Shown here: one piece after another, positions 53,455 through 64,000 of the stretch
Layout of the letters: each line of letters starts with the position of its first letter
Numbering within the stretch: position 1 is the stretch's first letter
Source of the DNA: Antedon mediterranea
Taxonomy: Eukaryota; Animalia; Echinodermata
NCBI RefSeq assembly: GCF_964355755.1
Contig: NC_092677.1
Span: 13,352,101-13,416,100, forward strand
Direction: 5' to 3'
DNA length: 64,000 bases
The notes under the pieces: model-generated
Database searches by the model: none
What the model was told of the DNA's origin: nothing
Seen by the model: the letters and a program-made list of their open reading frames with translations, nothing else
Made by a program: the position numbers and the translations under genes

Positions 53455-54494
53455 TTATGTCTGGCTGTTTTACTTTATCGTTTTGATTTAGATTGAGCAA
53501 TTTGTTTGCTATGTGCGCTTTATAAATCTTATTATCTTATTTTATCTTATTTTATTTTCTATCTCAATTGAGATCCAGCCACTGATACCCACAGCATTAT
53601 TATTATTTTCAGTATTTTGATTTATATATAAATATTTATTTATCATAAGTATTATTATTAACGATTTCCTCGACGCATAACCAATTCATCTGATTTGTAT
53701 GGCCTATTGCAATATATAAATCAGTTCCAGCGTGACGTCATGGTCCATTATAAAAGCTTAATAGGCCTACTCTATCACTGGGCTACTTTATGTTAACTAA
53801 AAACTAACTATGAATATTTAAATGAAGCAATGGTTCATTCACATAAACATAATATTTAGATTCTTTTTTACATGGAAGTAAGTCTCAGTTTCGTCCTTAT
53901 ATAAATATGTGATACTTAAGAAAAGTGAGTCTGGTAAATTGGTGTTTTTCTGCTATAGTGAAACATATCGTACCATGTTTCCGCTTATAGATAGGCCTAC
54001 GTCTATGTTCGTCTACTTTTCAATACAAATAACAATACTGATATAAATAGAGCCACTGCCTAATCCACAGCATTATCATTTTCAGTATAATCAGCCTTTG
54101 TATATAGTAAATTATATATAATGTTTTTATTGAAATTAACAATACGCAGTTTGCTTCTCTGACTTATGTTTCAACTTTAATCCTTTTATATATTATTGTT
54201 AATGTTATAGTATTGGTTGCGAGGTTGCTTATTCTACTTGTATCTTCATTGCGATCCATCCACTGATATCCACAGCATTATCCATTTTCAGTAATTTGCC
54301 TTCGAATATACAGTATATCATAAATTATATAAATAATGTTTTTATTGAACAATACTCAGTTTTTCATGTAATAAAGATGTGCTTCTGAATTATGTTTCAT
54401 TTCTTTAATCATTTGCATGTTAATGTTATAGTATTTGGTTTTGGAATTAATATTAAATTTGATTGAAACTGTTTCTTTCTTCCGTTATTAGAAT

Positions 54495-54684
54495 AAATTG
54501 CAGTTTGATTTTGACCTAAAATACAATTCCTAAAAATAGATCCATCAATCGTAATTATGCATAACAAAGAAAAGACGCGATCACTCGTCGCTTCAGTGAC
54601 CTGATCTCCGTACTGTGGTAGTTGTAGAGGGAAAAGAAAGATTAAAACTAACCCTAGTTTTCCTAACTAAAGGAAAGGTAAAAG
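54495..54684 (+). promoter_or_regulatory. Promoter/5'UTR exon module of DED gene B; homologous copies at ~58780-59125 and ~60430-60626 upstream of gene C
   Basis: All three share TATGCATAACAAAGAmAAGACGC...GTGGyyGTTrTAGArGG...AAAGGTrAAAG|GTAAG. The intron following the 54684 donor is alignable by eye with that after 60626. Confidence 0.6.
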
Positions 54685-55492
54685 GTAAGGATAGTTATTG
54701 CATAACATGTTTCAGATGGGTCCATACCAAAGGAATAATGGCGGATTATTTGATGTTTCAATTCAAAATAGGCTACAGACCGTCGCTCATACCGAACGCT
54801 ACAAACAGGCGAAATAACAATACTATAGGTCTCCTACAATAAAACTTTTATTATCCAAAATTCCGGGGAAATTCATTTCATAACCGTAGTCTAATAGTTA
54901 TCGTTCATCAATGATTTACAATATCGTATCAAATCGTAAAGAAATTAGTACTCTACTAGCTAGTCTGTCTATAATCAATTACACATATTAGGCCTACTAT
55001 TAGAAAATTAGAAAATACTATACGTTCGATAGGCCTCTTATAGAGGTGCATATGTACATTCGGTTTGGCAGGTTGATTCGTACAATCATAGAGATATTAT
55101 AGTGAACTCTGCTCACAGTGTATAGGACTGAATAAATATTAAACCGATAAGGCGAGTATATGGTCCTCTTGAAATGTGTTTATGATAATAATAATAATAA
55201 TAGGGCTTATAGGCATAATAACATATTTATATTACTCATGTCTAAAGGATACTGATTAAAGATGCTGTAAATACACAATAATAAAACAGGATGCTGAAGT
55301 TTCTTATATCTGTGGCTGCGACACGATCAGTTCCATGCCTTACAGATAAGTGTACAATACTGTTGGTATTTGTCGCAGTCATACATAAGATCAAAGGACG
55401 AGTTCCCATCTTGAGAACATGTTTCTGTAGATTGTCTTGGTAGGGCAATTTCTAAAGTCTCAATTATAAACTAAATTCTTTTCAGTAACAAA

Positions 55493-57194
55493 ATGGATGA
55501 TAGCTTTACAGAATTTCGACAAAAATTCAGTAATGCTTATCCCGGGGATAGAAGACAGGAATTGAGATTTCTTCTGCATGATCATCTACCGATTGGTGTA
55601 TTGTCTAAGGAACACAACTCAGGAATGGATTTGTTTAATGAACTTAAAACTAAAGGCATCATCAAATACAATAATGTTAAAATTATGTCAGAAATTGCAG
55701 ACGTGACAGAAAACGCCGACGCAAAAGCAAGTGTAAGTAAATACAAAAAGGAAGTTGGTAAAGACTATGATGGCAAGGGTGGGAAAAGTTTGTCTTCACA
55801 TCGTAAAACTTTCTATAAAGCTATGGATGAAATCACGGAAGAATTAGACGGAGGTGATGTACATAAGTTGGTTGGCTACTATGGATTGAGTTCACAAGGC
55901 ATTACAAATAAATGGGATTTAGTGTTTTATTTGGAGAAAGAGTTACAATTAAACACACGGAAGAAACTGGAGAGATTTGCCAATCAGTTGAATGCGAGTG
56001 CAAAAGTCAAATTGCTTGGTATGTATGTAAAACAGTGCTATTAATGTATATTTAAATTAATATCAAATAACAGCATAAAACTGTTTACTTATAATTTTAG
56101 TAGATAACTACAATATTGTTTTGTATGGCCAGCATATATAGCTGACCACATATCGGACTAAATTTGCAATTACAGTATATATTTTTGTTCAAGAAGGGGG
56201 GCGGGGGGAGCGGGAGAACGATTGATGATAAGTTCTAAACTTCTGGTCTCTGTCTGGATAAAAAAATGTATATCTTACAGTATGTTAATTTGTTGTTGGA
56301 AATAAAATATATATAAATTGGTTCTTCTGTATCGGTTATTCAACTACTGTTCTTATTTACATGATGCAGGTGAACAACCAGTTGCTGGTGGGGGTGTCGT
56401 GGAAGCAACATCAACAGCAGCAGGTAAGTATCCCTTTGAACCGACTAAGGTTGTATTATACAATGCATTGAGAAAAATGTCTGAATGAATACTCAAATTT
56501 TCCTAAGCGTTTCAGCCTAAATTTACGATTCATAAAACCGATAACATATATAGGCCTACAATGAGAACGAGGAAAAATGCCATATACCATTTTTCAATAT
56601 TTTTGTTCACAAATTAACGGATTGAGTCCAATTAACAAACCTTTTTCCTGATTTGCAGAATTGACCGACGATGATTACAAGCTTTTCAAAACGACCGTGT
56701 CAGCGTATTACGATGACAGACCGGATTGCCGCATTATGTTGATGGTGCTGTTTGGAGACCATGTTCCTACACAAAATCATAAAACACGTAATAGTACAAT
56801 AGATTGGTTAAATGCGTTAGAGGAATCTGATGATTTAAGTTCTGATGACATCTCTATCGTATATGATACAATAAACCTGACAGAACATTATGCTTTACAA
56901 AAGAAGATCAAAAAAGAAAAACTACCATTTCCCGAAGTTAGGCCAATAGAAATTACCAACTTCAGCAATTACAGACAGAAGATAATGAAATTTGGAAAGG
57001 GAATAACTCCAAATGATGTAGCAAAGATTGATGGGTACTATAACAATCCAGTTAAGAAATACAAAAGTAGTTGGGGTATGATATATGATTTAGAATTTGA
57101 GAAATCAATCTTCAAAGAAAGCAACATCGACGAATTTGTTGCAAAGTTGAAGCAATTGAAACTTCCGTCAAGCTCGGCAGAATTGTTGGAATAA
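55493..57194 (+). CDS. Quad death-effector-domain-like protein B, ~371 aa
   Basis: join(55493..56018,56370..56423,56659..57194) = 1116 nt, phase-1 introns. Clear paralogue of gene A (FSNAYPGD..LRFLLHDHLPIGV; DDLSSDDISIVYDTINLT; KIDGYYN). Linker exon GEQPVAGGGVVEATSTAA. Confidence 0.75.
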
Positions 57195-58405
57195 TTCAGA
57201 TTTTATGCAAATTATCGGAAATAATTCTATAGTGATATGCTTAAATATGGTAGTGATATGACATCATCATATCCATATATGGGCACATCACATTTTTTGT
57301 CACATAAAGTTTGATAGCGTAGACAGAGCTTAGAGCCTTGCACCTGATGATAAAATCGATATTTTTTATCTCCTTCATGAAATAGTCTGTAGTTTACAAT
57401 GTTTTATTCAAAGCAACTAAAATCGTTACGAAAATAAAATTTAATCAAAACGCTTGTGTGTTAGCATACTTAAAATGCTATAATTAAAGTTCAAATAAAT
57501 AATTTTGTTCTAAAAAATTTATCTAATAAACTTTCTTATGATAGATAGGCCTACATTTACATTTTTTGTTTATAAATTGATGGCCTGTAAACATTTTATA
57601 TAACTTTTTATTTTAGTATAATTTATACTCTTTTAGTTATGGAAGACATTGTTATTTCTTGGTTGTATGGCTACGTATGACTACCAGTTATTTGAATAGT
57701 CAAGCAGCTTTATTAATATTTAGATTTAAATATTTTAGAGCAAGTAAAAATTAGTGTGATCAAGTATATAATACATTTTATTTTGTATGTACAGTACAAG
57801 ACCAACTTGTGTTGATCTGGTCTCTCTGTTTAAATAAAGTTGAACTTGAACTATATTCTTTTTTGTTAATTTATTTTGAGAAGACGAGTTCTCGGTAAAC
57901 CTTGAGTTAATACATTATTTATTAATTGATTATTTGGAGAGTGTGGAGCAGGCGGGAGTAGATTATGACAATGATAATAACAGATAAGTGATGACAAATG
58001 CAGTAAATTCACAGTTTCATAACCAAACAGGTCAAATCTACACAATATGTTAATAACGGTTATCATTGTCCTATATTGTATGGTTGATTGATTGAAATGA
58101 AAAGGTGCTATTATCACACCAAGAGCGATTCTGTGGTGTTGTATGGAGACATTTGCCATCGAGGAGGCCTATTTTCAATCATTAAACATCATTCATTTTT
58201 CACACTCAGTGAACTGCCTGTCGTAAGAGAGCATATATTTATGATTTAAGCCTAAAAATATCATTTCTTCCTCGAGTGAACTTCAGCACAAACATGCTAA
58301 TTCAAAAGACACAATCGTTCACCCCTGTGCTGTCTGTAATAAACCTTTCGTTACAAATAGATTGGAGCTACCGTTGACATTGATAATAATAGTTACCGTA
58401 TACCT

Positions 58406-58415
58406 GGAATTTCCC
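58406..58415 (-). promoter_or_regulatory. Canonical NF-kB site GGGAAATTCC upstream of DED gene C
   Basis: Plus strand GGAATTTCCC matches GGGRNNYYCC on the minus strand; a single 10-mer, function not shown. Confidence 0.35.
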
Positions 58416-59479
58416 TTTTGATCGCTTCGACAGTACAGTACCTAAAAATAGGTTTTAAATACAGTATTTATGCAAATGCAAACGTTTAGGTCTATGCTGA
58501 TTTTAGAGAATACGTTGAATTGCTCTTTAGGCTAGTTGAGAAGAGTGGAACCCTATTGAGGGGAAATTATCGAGACCCAAACAAATTGTCCCCTTAATAA
58601 TTTTAATTTTTAATCTATATGTAATTCGAAGAGTTACCAAGCCGTTTTCGACCGACCTTTTTTAGTGTTTTACATTGTTTAGGCCTACTGTTTGTTGGCC
58701 AAACGAATAAAATAAGATAATTGGCTAAAGGATTATAATTCATTTTCATTTAATTTGTCATTCCGTCAACAAAAGGACAACTGCAGATTTGACTAGTGTT
58801 TAGACTGTTTAGTTAATTATAACCATAACTTTATTTTGGCGCGTAAAAATATATGATACTACAGAATTGTACCCCTTTTCAATTAACTCGACTTTATCGT
58901 TATAGTATCAATGTGATTTTTACCTTTTCCTTAAAATACAATTTTGTAATCCCCATTCTCTTCTACAATTCCTAAAAATAGATCCATATAGCAAAAATAT
59001 GCATAACAAAGACAAGACGCCATCATAGTCAAACGACTGTTGTGAACTGATCGATCCATACAGTGGTTGTTATAGAGGGGCAAGACGCATCTATTTTTTA
59101 GTTTCTTCAGTATAAAAGGTGAAAGGTAAGAATTATTATAATTACGTAAATATCAGTTAGGGGGAAAATGGCAAAATCAGCACTGTGGTTATGTTACAAG
59201 AGTTGTCAATAGATTATCTGATAAAACTCATAGAAAGTAGGAAGCCTTTTGCCATTTTCCCCTAAACTGACATAGTACGGTACAAAGGATAGCAATTACC
59301 ATTCGCCTTAATTATTATATTATAAAAATATAAAGAGTGAAAAACACGACAACCTTCAGTACAGTTACTTATGCATATCAATATTTTCAACATAATCATA
59401 ATAATCTGTGGTTTCTGAGTAAATGCATGGTTTCTGGTAATTGGTACGACATTGAACAATTGAGTTAATCGATGAGTAG

Positions 59480-60000
59480 TACACTGTTGATGATAGTTAA
59501 GGTCTTTCAACTTTAAAAGGTTTAGGGAGGAAAATAAGGGATCTGAGTGAGCTAGTGGTGGTGCACCTGATATTATTCGAACTACTTTCTTCTGTTTGAT
59601 AAATAATCTGCTAGTGTTGGACTCATACGTGTTGCACCAAACTACATTGCAATAGTTTAAATATGGTAAAATAAGAGTACAATACAAGGTATGAAGAATG
59701 TTTTTGGAAGAAAAGAAGACAGTCTAAAAATGATACCAATATTTTTGGATATTTTATTTTTAATTTCTTTAATATGTTGCTTTCAAGTGAGACCTGAATC
59801 AATGGTAACACCAAGAAATTTCGTATTTTCTACAAGTGGAACAATATGTTCATTAATTTTAATATGTCTATCATCAAGATTTACAGGTTTGCGAGTGTTT
59901 CGAAACAAAATAGAACAGCATTTCTTAACGTTAACGGAAAGTTTGTTTGCTCGGAAATATTCACACACTTTAGTCAGTTCCTGGTTGACAACCGCAAATA
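59480..60000 (-). mobile_element. Truncated LINE (L2/Crack/CR1 group) ORF2 fragment, RT thumb and C-terminal region
   Basis: VNQELTKVCEYFRANKLSVNVKK...KFLGVTIDSGLT*KQHI...LYCTLILPYLNYCNVVW...QKKVVRII...HSDPLFSSLNLLKL, with one in-frame TGA at the conserved Trp position (59783-59785). Confidence 0.9.
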
Positions 60001-61207
60001 CTGTATACTGTATAACACAAAATAGACACAATTCATCACTGTAAACATATTTAATTTATTTATAGTATGGCATAATAATTTTCGGTGTTAACATATTAAC
60101 GTATGTGTGCATGTTGCGTTTGCGTCAAAGTGACGAGTTCAAATATAGTTTATTTGTATTTTCATTGCGATCCAGCCGCTGAACCACCATTATTATTTCT
60201 TCAGTAATCTGAATTTTAAGGTATGCACTAATGATAATGAACAACATAAAAATGTGTACGTAGCAGTATAGTTATGTGCCGATAGTAAAAGGCAGTGTTT
60301 TTTTATATTTTCATTTTATACTTTGCCCATTAGGCCCTAATGTTACTAATGTTATATTATTGTGAAGATTGTAAACAAAGATCAAATTTAATTGAAAAAA
60401 AAAAATGTTTAGGCCCTCTGTTATTAGAAACTGCAGTTTGCTTTGACTTTGCCTAACAATACAATTTCCATGCAGGGAAATAATACAATTTCTAATAATT
60501 ATGCATAACAAAGACAAGACGCGATCTCAGTTCGTCGATAGGGATTCTTTGACCTAACCCTAACAGTGGCTGTTATAGAAGGGCAAGACTCATCCATTTT
60601 TTTACTAAGTAAAGGAAAGGTAAAAGGTAAGAAAATCGCATAACATGTCTCTTAAGTAGGCCTACAATTGATTTAATGGGTACATGTTAAAATGTTGATG
60701 TTCGATTTCAGACTACGTGTCGCTCATTACCGTACGCGACAAACTGGCGAGATTACTGTATGCCTAGTCTTTATAATGCTTTTTAAAATGTTCATCATTG
60801 ATTTACAGTATCATATCATTCGTAAGAAATTAGTTTATAATGTTCTACTGTCTATACTCATTCATAAATACGTACTATTATTAAGAAATTAGGGAATACA
60901 ACCATTTTGATAACAGGCGTGGCACGGCTGGTTGTTGATGCGTGCGATCATCGAGATAGTGAACTTCATTCACAGTTAGTAGTGGCGCTGTTTTATATAA
61001 TTTGTATGCACTAGTTTTACTTATATAGAATATATACTGTATATTTAAAGAAGTCGGTGTTCATATCTTTTAAAGACAAGTTCTTTTTAATAGACGAATA
61101 AATAATCATTTTGAATAAAACGACAAATAAAAAAAAACAACAGTAGACTTAAAAGAAATTGAGAAAGAACAACAGGCTCAATTACAAACTTTTTTTTCAG
61201 TAACAAA

Positions 61208-62112
61208 ATGGATAGTGAAAGACTGCGAGACCTTTGTCAAGAATTCAGTAACGCTTATCCTGGAGATAAAACACGGGAGTTGAAATTTCTTTTACATGAT
61301 CACCTACCGGTTGGTGTAATGGCACAGGAGCACATTTCGGGAATGCAGCTTTTTAATGAACTCAGATCTAAAAGCAACATCACATACGATAGCATTACAA
61401 TTTTGTCAGAAATCGCAGACGTAACAGAAAACACCAAGGCGAAAGAAAGTGTAATTGAGTACACACAATATATTAGTCGACTCTATGATAGGGATGGTTT
61501 GTCTTCACATCGTAAAACATTTTATAAATCTATGATTCATATCACGGACAAAGATTTACGGAAGTTGATTGACTACTACGGATTAGGGTCACTAGGCATT
61601 ACAAATAAATGGGATTTAGTGTTTTATCTGGAGAAAGAACTGAAGTTAAACACACGAAAGAAACTGGAGAGATTTGCCAATCAGTTGAATGCGAGAGCAA
61701 AAAGGATATTACTAGGTACGTAGTAAACAGTATTTCGAACATATCATGTGCAGTCTAGATATTCTTTATGTAAGTATGCTTTTATTCTATAGGTTTCACA
61801 ACTCAATGCGAAGAAACAACACGTATACCAGATTTGTTTTTCTATTCAATTCGATTTTTACCTTGTTGACATTAGGCCTATGTAGTTCTACAAATTACTA
61901 TTAATTAATTAACAGTACAGTAATCAGATGCAATAACCAACAACATCCACTACGATTATCGAAAACCTTAACATTTATCAAAACGTAATTGAAGGAGATT
62001 CTTTTGGGGAGTCAAGACACATGGCTTTAAACGCCACCACAACAATATACATTTATTTTATGTAAGAGCCTTTTTTTAAATAAATTTGATATTATTCTCT
62101 ACTCATCATACA

Positions 62113-62159
<47 letters not shown>

Positions 62160-64000
62160 TATATCATTCAGATGGTGCACATGGTAGCGGAAGTCGAAGT
62201 GGTACAACGGCATCAAGCGAATCAGGTGAATATCATCATCTATATACAAATTAATTACATCTTTTGCGTAAACCTCAAAACCAAACACGTGCTTTTTACT
62301 TTCTGGTCTTCGAAAACAATTCGATGCCTGACTCTGGTTGATCCAATATGGCCGATTAACCAGTAAAAAGAACATCGAGATAAATTTCCATTTGCTATAA
62401 CGTAAACTGTCTCGTGTACAATTTTTTAAAAATGATTGATTACATCCTTCATACGGTACTTCGTTATTTACACGGGTAAGTCGATTTCTACTCCCCACCA
62501 AAGTTTGCGGTAATTGTGCTAAAATTGATTTAATTCAATGCTTTTATTCTATAGGTTTCACAACTCAAAGCGAAGAAACAACACATATACCAGATTTGTT
62601 TTTCTATTCAATTCGATTTTTACATTGTTTACATTAGGCCTATGTAGTTCTACAAATTACTATTAATTAATTAACAGTACAGTAATCAAATGCAATAACA
62701 TCCAACATCCACTACGATTATCGAGGGCAATGCTTATTGGCTTTTTGTTTCTTTGCCTGAAATTGATTTAATTTAATGTTTACTTACCTGTAAAAATAAT
62801 ACTTTTTATACCTGTTTTTTACTCTATTATACTAAGTTGGACTCACTTTTGGAAGCGGTACAGGTAAAGGTGCGCAAATAGCAACGTTTCCAACACAACA
62901 ATGTAAGTTAACATGCTCTGAAAATTTAATTTTTAAACATTTATCAAAACCTGATTGAAGGGGATTCTTTTGGGAAGGAAATGTACATGGCCTTAAACGC
63001 CACCCCAAAAATGTACACTTAATTTATAGGAGCCTCTTTTAAAATAAACTTAATATTTTCTACTCATACACTAAAAAAAATAGGGCCTAACGAATATTAT
63101 TCTGATGACGACGACTCAGATCATGGTGATGGTGCATATGGTGGCGGAAGTCGAGGTGGCGGTGGTGGAAGTCGAGGTGGCGGAAGTCGAGGTGGTGGAA
63201 GTCGAGGTGGCGGAAGTCGAGGTGGCGGTGGTGGAAGTCGAGGTGGCGGACGCGGTGGTGGTCCAAAATCAGGTGAATATCATCTATTATAACTTTTGCG
63301 TAAATCTCAAAACCAAACACGTACTTTTCACATTCTGGTCTTCGAAAACAAGTTGATGCCTGACCCTGGTTGATCAAATATGGCCGATAAGTACAGTAAA
63401 AAAGTACACCGAGATAAATTTCTCTGTACAATTTAAAAAGATTGATTGATTATGACTATATTATTTCAATATTATTAATTAACTTAATGTCTGAATGTTA
63501 AGTGATCGTTAAACAATAAAGTTGAGCATTTCCCCACCGGATTCTATTATTCTACTATAATATTCAATTACTTAAGAATATTGGTAATTCTGATGATGAG
63601 AAATGGTTGTAAGCTCAAATTAAAGACTGTTTGGATTCTAATGTCCTGTATATTTAGAATTATATTCGACGATCACATCAAAACCCCTCACCACCCCACC
63701 CCTAATCTCCACTATTATCACACTCCTAATAACAAACAATTATAATCGGTTGAACAATTTCTACTTCATAGAACATATTTGATTTTGCAGGAATGAGCAA
63801 GGCCGTTGATTTCAATCTTCTAAAAACGATTGAACATCTTTTCTAATTTTTTTTCAGAAGTGAACGAGGATGATTTCAATCTCCTGAAAATGATTGTGTC
63901 AGAGTATTACGATGACAGGAATTGTCTCATTATGCTGAAGGTGTTGTTTAGAGACCATGTGCCTCAATTCAAATTACAAGAAATGAGATCTACAATAGAT
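61208..64000 (+). CDS. DED-like protein C with Gly/Ser/Arg (RGG) linker; 3' end beyond the window
   Basis: join(61208..61715,62172..62225,63120 or 63084..63272,63858..>64000), phase-1 introns. N-module paralogous to A/B. The last exon begins EVNEDDFNLLKMIVSEYYDDRNCLIMLKVLFRDHV, matching the C-module of gene A. Confidence 0.7.
61777..63440 (+). repeat. Intragenic tandem duplication in gene C (~61777-62430 versus ~62538-63440), including an (AAT)n tract at 62113-62156
   Basis: ATGCTTTTATTCTATAGGTTTCACAACTCAA...CCACTACGATTATCGA and TCAGGTGAATATCATC...CTGGTCTTCGAAAACAA...ATATGGCCGAT each occur twice. Confidence 0.85.

Noticed and set aside
61793-61822. Possible extra 30-nt phase-1 linker exon (GFTTQCEETT) in gene C
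   Set aside because: Donor AC|GTATAC is weak and the duplicated copy at ~62555 lacks the GT; not included in the model, although RNA-seq could revive it.
63087-63431. His-rich (HLDFHH) minus ORF and VEVEVA plus ORF
   Set aside because: Alternative frames of the Gly/Ser/Arg repeat exon; only the RGG frame fits the phase-1 splice sites.
63590-63625. CUGAUGAUGAG...CUCAAAUU hammerhead-like string in a gene C intron
   Set aside because: Lacks the essential G12 (CUC-AAA rather than CUC-GAAA) and stem II is only 3 bp.

Overview
AT-rich, intron-containing animal genomic DNA; an invertebrate deuterostome such as an echinoderm is suggested by a Deu-domain SINE and general composition (inference). Positions 1-25 kb have no confidently identifiable coding exon. 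They hold MITEs, tRNA-derived SINEs, minisatellites and a few enhancer-like islands. Two conserved genes follow tail-to-tail: an 8-exon ZNF236 orthologue (+, 25367-33398, about 1812 aa, with a single 4.2-kb exon) and a 13-coding-exon AMFR/gp78 ERAD E3 ligase (-, 48315-36123, about 789 aa). Head-to-head with AMFR, across a long (AT)n tract, lies the most unusual feature: a tandem array of at least three paralogous genes. The two complete copies encode four death-effector-like domains (two tandem-DED modules) and no caspase or other catalytic domain; the third has the same layout but runs off the window. The modules are joined by a hypervariable linker built from symmetric phase-1 mini-exons, one expanded into an (S)RGG repeat. 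The cluster shows signs of mosaic recombination, duplicated promoter modules, a canonical kB site, a truncating alternative acceptor, and a Penelope-type minimal hammerhead ribozyme motif about 100 nt after the first paralogue's stop codon. A second hammerhead motif lies sense in an AMFR intron. All gene models were built by hand from GT/AG sites and frame continuity; no searches were run.
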